NCBI RefSeq assembly: GCF_036321535.1
Contig: NC_087437.1
Location: 35,156,001 to 35,220,000 of the forward strand
Source: Camelus dromedarius
Lineage: Eukaryota
Length of the DNA stretch: 64,000 nt
Direction of reading: 5' to 3'
Shown piece by piece: positions 26,419-38,607 of this stretch. Position 1 is the stretch's first letter. The number at the start of each line of letters is the position of its first letter. The notes beneath the pieces were generated by a model that was given only the letters and a program-made list of their open reading frames with translations, did no database searches and was not told the origin of the DNA. The position numbers and the translations under genes are program-made.

Positions 26419-26559
26419 ACATACTCACGCTCCTCAGGCCACTTTCTAGAGAGGAGGAGAGACAGTTGCACAAGCATCCTACAGTGTGATAAGTGCTATG
26501 ACAGGGAAGTAGAAAGAACTAACCTAGTCTCAAAGGGGGTGTCAGGACAGGCAGTTCAA
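26419..26559 (-). repeat. Right arm of ~140-bp inverted repeat, within an antisense L2 3' fragment (~26340-26560)
   Basis: Matches the left arm. Contains the L2-typical 'acagtgtgataagtgctatg' and is preceded by a (CATC)n-like L2 tail. Confidence 0.9.
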
Positions 26560-26923
26560 AAAGTTCTTGTCCTCATTACTGTATGCATTGACTGTAGCAA
26601 AAGGCATATAATGTAATCTCTAGAAAGGAAGGTCTTTGAAGTAAGGTCTATGTTGTTCCCTCAGCACTTGGCTCATAGTGACTGCTTAATTACAATCTGT
26701 TGAATGAATGAATGAGAATTCTAATGCTCCGTAATAGCTCCACTGTAACAGGGAGGCTTTTGATTTATTTCTAACCTGAGTCTGAACATTGTTAAACGCT
26801 TCTCCTCTAAGCCTGTAATAAACATTCCCTTTTGACTTAGAGAAAATCAAATCCCCGCTCCCTTTTAAGCCATTTTCTAAAAGTTCTATTTCAGGAGAGC
26901 TGCTACACCCATTATATTTTACT

Positions 26924-26938
26924 AGAACAATGTGTCCT
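26924..26938. promoter_or_regulatory. Candidate androgen/glucocorticoid-type response element (intron 1)
   Basis: AGAACA-ATG-TGTCCT, one mismatch to AGAACAnnnTGTTCT. Motif match only. Confidence 0.35.
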
Positions 26939-28819
26939 CAGGTATCTTTTAAGCCAGGTGCCCTGAGTAGAGATTCTGGGACAGTTCCGGAAAGAAGGAG
27001 CTGTCTGGTGGCTTTTCCCCTCTAGTTTCCAGTTGATCTGTGGGGTTCCATGCTCTGTGCTGGTTCTGAAGGATCTGTTCTCCCTTCACCTTTCCAGAGT
27101 GGCCTAGAATTTTTTCTTCCTCTCAACTTCTCCCATACCCTCTTTACTCTTTCAAAAGGTGTTAAGCTTGGGAAAGTGGTTCTTAATTATTGACCACATA
27201 ATCCTCCAGCAGACTGCAAGAATTCAGGGCAAAGCTAGAGAGAAAGGCCAAAAGAAAACTTAAAAGCCCAGGCTAATAATGATTTCTCTTAGCAAGAATT
27301 CTTGTTGTTCTAAGGCAGTGTTTTATTTAGGTTGTAGTTCTTTAGAAAAGGTATGAAGTTATGTCTTCCTTGTGGTTGCTTGGAATGTGTTGTGGGTAAT
27401 GTAATATTTTCTTTGGTGAAGCACCAGTAAATCCAAGGTAGTAAAACAATGCTGATGCAAAAGGGGAAACGAAAGCTCCCAAGGGGAGAAGTCCACCTGG
27501 AGCAGGTAATCCTTATCGCCTATCCCACACATGATCTTTACATTAGCTAATTACATACTTTTACTACCTAGTCTGATGCCACAATTTAAAATTGTACCTC
27601 TTGCCCTTCCCTGCTTAATTTTTCTCCAGAACCCTTATTTCCTACTCATACACTACATAATTCACTTAAAAAAAATATATATATATATATGTCTGGCAGC
27701 CCCTCTTGAATTTAAGCTTCTCAAGGGTAGGAATTTTTGTCTGTTTTGTTTATTACTCATCCAGGACCTAGAAGTGTCCTAGTACAGGGTAGATGCACAA
27801 TAAATATGTTGAATAAAAGAATTATTGATTCTGATCAATTCAATATTAATAAATAATAACCATGATCAGATTTTTCTTCCATGTATTTAATTTATAGATA
27901 ACTGGTTGGATATTTAAAACTATAGAAATCTGAGAAAATATGACAGTAGGACCTCTACAAAAGCTTCAGTGGTCAAATAAACTGCATGGAACCCATTTTC
28001 ACCAGCATGGTATGCTCTTCTAAACCTAGACATGGAATGATGAGCTTGGGCTGGTAAGAATGAAAAATCTTGAGGTTTCCCAATGCAGGTAGACTTACTT
28101 GAACCCCTAAAGCTATGGGTATGTTTGGCTCAGCATACTCATAACTGTTCCTGGCAACAAGTTCAGTTGCTCACTACCCCCATGAAACTGAGAGACTCAC
28201 TAATTTTGTATCCCCATTTCCGGACATCCAATTCCATGATCATCCAATTCCATGGTTCTGAGTACAGGATCTGGCAGTTTATGGGAACTTAAAATATAAA
28301 AGATGAATAGAGGAGACTATTAATTATTTGGGAGCTTCTCCTACATTTGAGATTGTTTAATCACCAGAGATGCTTCCCAGCAGTGACATGTCAGTGTGCT
28401 CTCAGCCCTACAGTGGCCACTCCAGCTCTTCCTTTCCCCCCAAGACTCCAACTTCCAGGCCAGTCTAGTGGAAGTGAAACCAGGCTAATCTGAGTGGCAG
28501 ACAAGTACACTTTTGGCTGAGATTCAGGTACCCTCCCTCTCTCTCACCCATGTAGCCTCTCTCAACAACTGGCCTGAAGAATGGATAAAGGACTAGACTT
28601 ACCGAAAAGCAGGAGGAATGATTAGCCTCACTGAGCTTGGAAGAGTCCAAAAGATAGGGTATTGCAAACAGATTCTCTAGTAGGACTGCAGAATGACATT
28701 TGACTTATTTCTAAACAGAGGAAAACTTGGTAGGTCTCTAAAAATATGCATATCATATAGCTGTGTAATACCTGTGCCACCCGTTCTGAACCCACATGTT
28801 CTTTTAAGACCTTGGATTA

Positions 28820-29690
28820 TTTATTAAAGACGGCTTTATTGAGCTGTAATTCAAGTACCAGAAAATTCAGCCAAAGCACAGAATTCAATAGTTTTTAGTG
28901 TACTCACAGTTTTGCAACCATTACTAATTGATTTTAGAACATTTTTTGTCACCACCAGAAGACACCTGTACCCTTTAGCAGTAACTCCCCTTTCCTGCTC
29001 AACTCCACCCCCCTACTCCAGCCACATGCAACCACTAATCTACTTTCTGTCTCTATAAGTTTGCTTATTGTGGAGATGTTATATAAATTGAACCATACAA
29101 TATATAGTTTTCCACTTAGCATAATCTGCTCATTGTTCATCCATGTTGTAGCATGATCAATACTTGATTCCTTTTTATTGATGAATATTTCATTGTCCCA
29201 TTCCATATTACATTTTGTCTATCCATTCATCAGTCAATGGATACTTGGGTTATTTTTACTTTTTAGCTAGTATGAGTAATGCAGCTGTGAACCTTTGTGC
29301 ACAAGTTCTTACATGGACATAGATTTTCAATTCTCTTGGATAATTCCTAGGAGTAGAATTGTATGGATTATATGGTAACTCTATGTTTAGCTTTTGGAGG
29401 AACTACCAACCTATCTTCCACAGTAACTCACTGTTTTACATTCCCACCAGCAATGTAAGATGGTTTGAATTTCTCCACCTCCCCTCCAACAATTGTTATT
29501 ATCTTTCTTTTTGATTGTAGCCATTTTGGTTGGTGTGAAGTGGCTTGTGTTTTTAATCTTCATTTCCCTAATAACTAATGATAGATAACTATGTGTTGAT
29601 TGGCCATTTGTACACCTTCTTTAGAGAAATGTCTAAAATCTCTTGCCCATTTTTGAATGGGTTGTCTTTTAGTTGTTGACTTTTTCCTCT
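28820..29690 (-). mobile_element. L1MB/ME-type 3' region
   Basis: ggctttattgag...caaccactaatctactttctgtctctata...atccattcatcagt...tggtaactctatgttta...acattcccaccagcaatg. Confidence 0.8.
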
Positions 29691-31399
29691 TTTACCTTAA
29701 GATTGGGGGATGGTTGGAAGAAGAAAGCCTCAGATCTTTCACCTGCTCTTGCCTAGAGTAGAGCTTCTAGGCAACACAAAGCTGGGTGGAGGAGATGCTG
29801 GTGGCCTGCTTTCCCAGGAATATATCACTGCTCTATACTGGGCTCTAGGTTGAGAGAGAGCCCTGTGTTTTTGGCTCCCCTTCCCTCAGTGGAGCATCAT
29901 CATACCTAGCAGGAGCTGGCGGGGAAGTGGGTTGTGGCTGAAAAACCAAATTCTTGGTGCCCTTACTGAAACTTAGTAGATTGTCTTGAACAAGTTTTGC
30001 TTCATTTCCTCAGGACAATTTCCAGAGACTAAATAGCTATTTACCTACAATTTTCAACAATAATTTTGAAGTTATTGTTGTTTTGCCAATGGAGGGAAAG
30101 GTTCACAGAGCTCCTCAACCACCATTCTGGAAGTTGAGTCCCATTTGGATAATTTTTAATGAAGATTTTGCACCTCATATAATTGGTGGTAAAATAATTT
30201 ATGCTGACATAGTAGATATAGAATTACAAAGGACAGTTTTTATAAAAGTTTTTGCAAATTCACAAACAGTGGATTAAGAAACCCAATTGAAGTTGAGGAC
30301 TTGTTGACTTTCAACTTCACATCTGGTCAATTTTGAGAGTACCCATGTATTTGGTTTGGCAAACCATTGTTAATTTATGGTTATTAAATAGTTGTATAGA
30401 AATATTTCGATAATGTGGGTGAGAGTACATTTCATATGTTGTTGCTGCTCTAGTAATCTATGTGCAAAGCTATCACAGACGTTGAAACTGTCATCAAATT
30501 AATGCCATTTAAAAAAGCACAGGAATAATTCAGATGAGGAAATCAAGTTATTAAAACCTCTTTAGTTTTATGCACTAATCTCAAAAGTTCACAAGCAAAA
30601 ATGATCATGTATTTCTTAATTTTTGTTTAATTCAAAAGAACTAGTGGGCCACAAAGTCTTGTGGAAAAACAACTTTCCCAACGTCCCTGGTGCATTTATT
30701 TGTAGTTTTAGGGCTTAGATTTACATTTAACAATTCTTCAAAATCTTATTTGATTAAGGGTTGAGCTCATATGTTAATTGCCAACCAGTTGAATGTCACT
30801 TTAGTTGAAACAGATCTAGAATCTCTGCTCATATCTAAACCCTTCTCAGTCCACTATACCGCATCTCCACCCCGATGGCAAAGTTTACTATATGATCTTT
30901 TCTCCTTGGGTTCCTTATAAGTAATCGCTTCACTATCTTTGAGAAAATACATACTGTTTAATAACTATAAGAAAATGTTAAAATGTATTCCTTGTTGGAA
31001 ATTCTTCACTTTTGAGCAGTTGACTTGTGTGTATTACTGCCTCAAGTAGCTTACCGGCAAAAGAAAGTATTGTATAAGAGCATGAAACTAGATAAAGATG
31101 AATATTTAAGAGTAAACTCAAGCACTTCCAGTGACATTTCTCTGAATAGTTATTACTGAACTACACAAAGACAAATAATTAAAGTAATGAGCAAAGTAAT
31201 TTTCTTTTGGCTGGAAAAGTTTCAGTAATAAAGTTTGGCTTCTGTTGAGTGAAACATCTTACTTTCTAACATGGTTAAAGGCAAATGGAAAAACTCAGTC
31301 AATTCTTAAAAATTTTAATGCAGTTAAATAATAAACTGATACATTGCATTATGGCTCGGTATTAATTTTTCCCTGTAAAGACAGGAATTCTCTCCGTCT

Positions 31400-33010
31400 A
31401 AAGCTACTTTACGGCTCAGGCGGATATTTGGAAGATGCTTACCTCCCGGTTGGGTGTATTTCCCTGCGGCTTAGGTGAGCACCAGCGCTTTGGCTCCTCC
31501 CCAGTTGCGGCGAGCTTCCCACTGCGCTGGGAGCCTGGAGCCTCCCGGAGTTAGGTGTTCGGCCCCGCCCTTTGCACTATTGCTAAAACTCCAATTCTGC
31601 TAGACTTGATTCCGGTGATTAATTATTGACAAAAGGAGAACACTCCCAGGCAAACTTGTGTCCAACTGCACTGCTCCCAACGACTCCTTCCAGAAGAGAA
31701 TTCCGGCTGCACCACTCCCCTCCCCCCTTGCTCTACGGTCACAACTTCCCACACCCTGCCACTCAGTCCTGGGCGATCAGGCTCGTCCTCGGAGGAATGC
31801 AGCCCAGCGACTTCCACATTTTAAATTTTGGTTTCCTGCAGCTCGTTAGCACTTCTCAGGCACCAGCCTCTCAGGAGGGGGCGCTTTCCGGGTGCAGGGG
31901 AAGCCCGGGCTCCGAGAGCAACGGAGGAGGCTAAGGCGTCGCTGTCACCTCCGGCTGCTGCAGTAAACCCCGAGTCGCGGCGGGGATGGGGAGGAGGGGA
32001 TGGGGAGGCGCCCTCCCCCTGGCTCGGGCTGGGAGCCCCGACACTACGAGAGGGGCACGTACTTCGGTGGGGGGTGGGGGCGGTGAGGCGGGCAGATAAA
32101 CAGGAGGCTCAAAGATGGGCGCTTTGGGGCTTTAGCCTAAGCCAACGTTAACCCGCCCAGGGAAAGCCTATGCCCAGCACCCATCGATCTGCAGACTTCG
32201 GCAAGGGGGCGAAGCCGAGCGGACGCCGAGCTCTGCGGTCTGAAACTCAGCAGCAGGCTGCGAAGTGAGCCCAGGGCTCCGGGCCCGGGCAGCAGTCGGC
32301 CCAGCAGGCGTCCCACTGCCTTCGTCTGTCAAAAAATGGAAGAAAGCAAACCCTTTTAGCTTTGGCAGTTAATTTTGGTGCCTTTGAACGTGCAAAATGC
32401 CTCTCCCCGCCCCACACCTTCCATCCAGCCACCTTCCCTCCTCCCCGTGGCCGGGAGGTTAATGGTTGAAAAGCTGAACCACCTCAGGGAAACGGAAGGA
32501 TCGTGCCCGGGGAACTTGTGTGTGCTCACTCACAAGTGAAGAGAATTAATTGGGCCCGGACTGCGGCAGGAAGGCAAACTGGGGAAAGGGCTGGGAGGAG
32601 GCTCGGTGCCGACACTCGCGGCGCCGGCTGCGGAGGCTCCGGGGCAAGTGAACCCAGCGCTTGCACTCGGCGCTCAGTTATCTTTCAGAGGAGGCGCAGA
32701 ATGATCGCGAAAAGCATCTTCCCTGAAAACCCGCATCCAGAACACCTTCGATCCGTTCTCTGCCGAGGACGGAGTGCTTAGATTTAACGCCGCGGCTGCT
32801 CGCTGAGAGCGCAGAGGCCCTTGAGGCTCCCGGCCCTGACATCTCCGCAGCCGAGACTCTGCCCGAGTCCCAGGGGCGTCCGGCGCGAAAGCCTCTTAAT
32901 GTGTATTTGGGCAACATCTGCCAGTCAGCCCCCACCGCCTAAGGAGGAGGCACTGCACATGCTCGGCCTGATAGTGCTGAAGCGCGAATTTTAGTTGCGG
33001 CCAGGTTTCT
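31400..33010. promoter_or_regulatory. CpG island / SPTSSB promoter
   Basis: The only strongly GC- and CpG-rich segment in an otherwise AT-rich, CpG-depleted window. Sp/KLF GC boxes at ~31561-31570 (ggccccgccc) and ~32404-32413. Confidence 0.88.
31443..31550 (-). other. SPTSSB: SPTSSB non-coding exon 1 (transcription start approximate)
   Basis: Consensus donor CCGGGAG|GTAAGC on the minus strand (GT at 31442-31441) at the edge of a CpG island. The exon contains no ATG and a GC box lies just upstream. Confidence 0.75.
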
Positions 33011-33699
33011 TCTCATTTCACAGCGTGCTTCCAGCAGGTTCCAAGCTGATGGTGCCACGAAGACAGAGACTCACGTCACTGGGTGGCGGTTTCTCCAAGC
33101 AGGAGGGAGGACGTCCCCAAAGAAGGCTGAAGATGCTCTGGGCCAGGGAAGGGAACCAATAGAAACTGAGCACCTTGAAGCCTGTGTTGTGCTTCTTTTC
33201 TTTATCTTGTATCTAAACATTAGCAACCACTGCTAGTGTTTATTCATCACTGTATGTCCTTTACACTTCTTGCCTCTTGGCTTCTCCTGACAAACCTTGT
33301 CGTATTGGCAGCTCAAGTATGACCACCCCCTCTAAGAGATGAGGAAGGAGAAACCCTGAGGAGTGACTCTCCAGGCTTGCCAAGCCCGTTTTGTGGTGGG
33401 GCCAGTACTATTTACTGACTCATTTTTCATTATCTAGTTCTCTCACTAGGTTATGACATGCCTCCTCCCCTCCCCTATGATTGTACATTTGTAGAAACAT
33501 AGAAACAGGTCTCTCTTCCTCCTACTAAAGGTTTGTGAAGTGGATATGAGGCCTTGCAATTATTCCATCTGGATGTGGGGAGAAACTAGTATAGCTGGGA
33601 GAAGCACCAAGACTATTAAAAATAATCTTAAATGACATATGTAATAAAACCACAAACACCTTTATGTATATCTTTGTACCCCCAGATGGAGAGTAGGTG

Positions 33700-34110
33700 T
33701 TTTTTCATACAAACATAGAACATTCTCAAAACTTAACTAGATCACAAAATAAAGATGAACACTTTTTTTTAGATGGACACATATTAAATGGCAGAAATCA
33801 TACACACCACATTTCCCCCTCATTGGTATTGTAAAATTGGACATTTAAACATGCTTGAAATCTAGATTAAAGGAATGACAAATAGGAAACTAAAGACTCT
33901 TTAGAAACAGAAGAAAAACAAAAATCCTACATAAAATCAGGAGAGAACAGAAAAGCCATACAACATTAAATGCATTTATTGCAGAACAATGTACAAACTA
34001 AGAAACTGCAAAAGAATGATGTGAACTAATGCTAAAGATAAAAGCAAAAATTAATGAAATGGAAAAGTTAAAAAAAAAAAAAAAGCATCAAGGCGAATTG
34101 ATCCATAAAG
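33700..34110 (+). mobile_element. Degraded L1 ORF2 fragments
   Basis: A-rich strand with acatagaacattctc, ttaaatgcatttatt and gcaaaaattaatgaaatggaaa motifs. No intact frame. Confidence 0.45.
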
Positions 34111-34298
34111 CTTCCAGCATCCTTTTAAAAGACTTTTGCTAAGCAGTAGTTGGTTAAAAAAAAAAAAAAGAATGTTCAGGTTTTGAAAGTAGAAATTATC
34201 TTAAAAATAAAGCCCTCCTATTTTATGAGAGAAAGTTTGATTAAGGATAATAATGACAGAACTCTCAATATCTGAAATATAGATTGGTCTAAAGTAGC

Positions 34299-34769
34299 TG
34301 TATTAGTCAGGGTTCTCTAAAAAACAGAACCAATTATCTACCTACGTACCTACCAAGAGAGATTTATTATAAGAAACGCTTACGCACGATTATGGAGGCT
34401 AAGGAGTCCCCAAATGCATGGTTGGAAACTGGAGACCCAGGAGAGCTGATGGTGTAAATTCCAGTCTAAAAGCTGGTGGGCTTAAGACTCAAGAAGAGTT
34501 GACTTTTTAGCTCAAGACTGAAAGCAAGAAAAGACCAACATGCTGCTCAAGCTGTCAGGCAGGAGGAGTTACCTCTTACTCAGGCTTTTTGTTCTATTTA
34601 GGTCTTCAGCTGATTGGATGGGGTTTCAAGAGAAGCCACAATAGGGAGGGCAGTCTGCTTTGCTGAGTCTAAGATTCATCTCATTCAGAAACACCCTCAC
34701 AGACACACTCATGACAATGTCTGAACACCCCATGGCCCGGTCAAGTTGATACATAAAATTGATCATCAA
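34299..34769 (-). mobile_element. ERVL solo LTR (MLT2-like)
   Basis: tgtattagtcagggttctc...aacagaaccaa...ggagacccaggagagctgatggtgta...acaccctcacagacacac...gtcaagttgatacataaaatt. Confidence 0.8.
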
Positions 34770-35624
34770 AGTGGCCAAAAATTTTGATTGATCTATCCAT
34801 TTTGCTTTGGATTTTGACATGACTGCATCTCTCCCAGTATAAACTTACTTTGCATATTCTTTGCTAGGCAATTTATTGCTTCTTTTAAGGCTTTTGGTTG
34901 AACAACAGTCTTCTCTGACTTCTTTTTTTATCCTTAATTACTTGGAGTAAGACTCTTCAGCTATAATGAATAGCTGTATAATGAGAAAAGGAGGACTCCA
35001 GCCCCATCATTGCCTGTTCTTCATTGAGTGAGTTGTCCCGTCTTCAACAAAACATCCTTCTCTGACTATTCTGCACTATGGAAATTCATTGTTGCTCTAG
35101 TGTCATGACATTTTCCTATGGAGAATTTGGCATTTATTGTGAAGTTATTATTTTTAATTACTGTCAAATTAAACATTTGGGCCAGGGTTGCATTAGGCAT
35201 AAACTGAACAAACCCAGAGTGAAAATAAGACATAAGAAAAGAAGGCAACAAGAAGATGCAGAGGTCAAGAGTAAACAACAGGAAAAGAAGCTCATAGAAA
35301 CACATGGCAACTGGGAATGAAGCCATGGTCATTTTGGGGTAGTCTGTCCCAGTCTTTAATATCTGATCTAGTGATCTGTATTTGAAATTTATGAGACAGT
35401 TTTGTGAGAGGCATCAGGGGAATTTGGTGAAGCCTCTTAGAAACCACATACTAGTCACCTAAGAAACTTTTCCCAACAGGACCAGACTTTTAAATATCAG
35501 GCAGGTCCCAACATGCCATTGCCTGTATAAGTTAAAACAGACTCTGACCACAACTAGCCACCAAAAGTTGATATTGATCTTCATCTTTTCATTTTTTTAA
35601 ATGGTTGTCATTTTCTGCTAGCTA

Positions 35625-37760
35625 TTATTTTTTTAACAGCATTATTGAAATATAATTCACATACCATTTAATTTACTCATTTATAAGGTATAGGTCAGTG
35701 GTTTTTAATGTGTTCACAGAGTTGTGCAACCATCCTCACTATCTAATTCCAGAATATTTTCATGACCCCAAGAAGGAATTTCATATTTATTAGTCACTTC
35801 TCATTTCCTTACCTTCCCCCTCCATGCCCCCAGCCCTAGGCATCCCCAGCACAACTTTCTGTCTGTAGATGTGCTTATTCTGGACATTTCATATGAATGG
35901 GGTCATATAGTGTATAGTCTTTTGTGACTGGTTTCTTTTACTTAGCATAACATTTTTAAGGTTCTTTCATATTGTACTCTGTATCAGCTATCCATTCATT
36001 TTTATTGCTGAATAGTATTCTATTGTGTGACTATACCACATTTTATTTATTCACTCATCATTTAATGGGCATTTGAGTTGTTTCTACTTTGGGGCTATTA
36101 TGAATGACGCTGCTGTGAACATTTGTGTACATATCTTTGTGAAGACATGTTTTATTTCTCTTCTGTATGTACCCAGGGGTGGAAGGTCTGGGTCACAAGA
36201 TAACTCTATTTAATTTTTCAAGTACTGCCAAATGATTTTCTAAGGTGGGTGCACAATCTTATGTTCCCACCAGTAATGAATGAGGGTTCCAATTTTTTCA
36301 TATCCTGAGCAACACTTGTTATTGTTTGTCTTTGTGATTTTAGCCATTCTGGTGGGTGTGAAATGGTGTTGCATTGTGGTTTTGGTTTGCATTTCCCTAA
36401 TGAATCATGATACTGAGCATTTTTCATAATGTATTCATTATTTGTACATCTTTGGACAAATGTGGATTGAATTTTTTGCCCATTTTAAAAATTGGGTAAT
36501 TTAATTGGATCTTTTTATTGTTGAATTGTGAGAGCTCTTTAAATACTTTGGATACAAGTCCTTTGTCAGAATATGATTTGAAAACATTTTCTCCCATCTT
36601 ATGAGCTGTTTTTTCACTTTCTTGATGCTGTTCTTTGAAGCATACAAGTTTTTAATAGTTTGACAAAGTCCAATTTATCTTTTCTTCTTTGATCTTTCGG
36701 CCTTTTGGTGTCATATGTAAGAAACCATGGCTAACTCAAGCTTATGAAGAGTTACTCTTCTATTTTCTTTTGAGATTTTTAGAGTTTTAGGTTTTACATT
36801 TAGGTGTATGATCCATTTTGTATTAATTTTTGTGCGTGATGTGAAGTAGGTATCCAAATTCATTCTTTTGCAGGTAGATATCAAGTTGTCCCAGCACTAC
36901 TTGTTGAAAAGACTGTATTTTTCCTGTTGAATTATCTTAGCACCCTTGCCAACATTAGTTGACCACTGTTATGAACTGAATGCTTGTGTTCCCCAACATT
37001 TATACTTTGAAATCTTATCCCCAGTGTGATGGTATTTGGAATTGAGGCCTTTGGGAGGTGATTAAGCCAAGAGGGTGGAACCCTCATGAATAGGGTCCAT
37101 GTAAGAAGACCCTTATAAGAGGCCAGAGAGCTAGAAAGTGCTCCTTTCACCCTATAGAACACAGGAAGAAGTCTGCAACCTGGATGAGGGCCCTTTCCAC
37201 AACTCGACCACACAGACACCCTGTTCCTAGACTTCCAGCCTCCAGAACTGTGAGAAATAAATTTCTGTTGTTTATAAGCCATCTAGTTTATGATATTTCT
37301 GTTGTAGTAGCCAAAGCTGACAACCATAAATGTAAGGAATTATTTCTGGATACTCAATCCTATTCCTTTGATCAATATTTCTAGCCTTATGCTGTATCAT
37401 ATTGTTTTGATTACTGTAGCTTTATTGTAATAAGTTTTGAAATTGGGAAGTGTTGGTTTTCCAGTTTTGTGCTTCTCTTTTAAGATTGTTTTAACTTTTC
37501 TGGGTCCCTTGCATTTTCATGTTAGTTTTAGAATCAACTTGTCAACTTCTGTGAAAAAGGCAGCGGAAATTTCGCTAAGGATTGCTGTCCCCTTCTACAG
37601 ATGAAACCTGTAGATCCGTTTGAGGAGTATGCCATCTTAATAATATTAAGGCTTCCAATCCACAAACATAGGGTGTCTTTCCATTTATTTAAATTTTCTT
37701 TAATTTTTTCAACATTGTCTGATAATTTTCAGTGCACAAGCCTTGCACTTCTGTTAAACT
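35625..37760 (-). mobile_element. L1MB-type element (3' UTR plus end of ORF2), split by an MLT1A LTR
   Basis: Long T-rich L1 antisense sequence from ttattgaaatataattcacatacc to ccttgcacttc. It continues across the LTR insertion (ttagttgacca|...|accataaatgtaagg). Confidence 0.85.
36967..37322 (+). mobile_element. MaLR solo LTR (MLT1A-like) nested in L1
   Basis: tgttatgaactgaatg...gtgtgatggtattt...gacttccagcctccagaactgtgagaaataaatttctgttgtttataagcca. Flanks accac/accat. Confidence 0.85.
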
Positions 37761-38418
37761 CTTATTCTAAACCCCCAATATGAATAAAACTTAGCAATGT
37801 CTAGGAATTATGTCTTAGTCAACCCAGCATCCTTCCTACTTGGCTTAGTGTCCTGAATTGTGGTTGGCAATCCCCGTGCTTATTGAAGTAAATTGAGAAG
37901 ACATCATTTATATTTATAGAAAGTTCACAATATCATTTTTTAAAATTATAGCAACCCATTAAGAAGACAGAAAAAGTATCAACCCCATTGAATAAGAAAG
38001 TTAACTGGTAATGTATTAAGGTCAAGAAAGTTAATTGGCATGGCTATAGATACTCTGTCCCTGTCAGATATCAAACTAGATCAAAATTCCTCATTTCCCC
38101 CTAGTATTGTATTAATTCTGAAAGCTTTTAAGCCAAGAAACACATTGAGAAGATCAGGGGAAAATGGGGGAGGGCACTAAGTGATTTTTATTGAATTACA
38201 TTAAAAATGTATATTGTCATATCATCTAGCTTCTTTAGGGCTAAAATAAGGGTTTCACTCTGGGGATGTATTTCTTTCTTGAACTTTTAAATTAGCAAAG
38301 TGTTTGCAAAAAAAGCTTATAGTTATCTCCATGCCACATTTCAGTGACCCATGGATGTGAGAATACAAGAATCTTGACTTAAAAATGAAAGTTAATTGGA
38401 CAGAATCAAATGACCACT

Positions 38419-38420
38419 AA

Positions 38421-38487
<67 letters not shown>

Positions 38488-38607
38488 GGAGGGAGGAAGG
38501 AAGGAAGGAAGGGAAGAAAGGGAAGGAAGGGAAGAAAGGGAAGGAAGGGAAGGAAGGGAAGGAAGGGAAGGAAGGAAAAGAGACAGAGAGAGAGAAAAAG
38601 AAAGAGA
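38419..38607. repeat. Compound purine microsatellite (GAAA)n-(GGAA)n-(GGGAAGRAA)n-(GA)n
   Basis: Direct reading. About 190 bp, almost purely purine on the plus strand. Confidence 0.95.

Noticed and set aside
24790..26616. Two similar ORFs (72 aa minus, 66 aa plus) with a CxxC motif, suggesting paralogous small zinc-binding proteins
   Set aside because: The similarity comes from the DNA inverted repeat in L2-derived sequence. It ends at the arm boundaries and there is no gene structure.
31623..32935. Cluster of overlapping ORFs in the CpG island
   Set aside because: This is expected from stop-codon depletion in GC-rich DNA, and none resembles a known protein.
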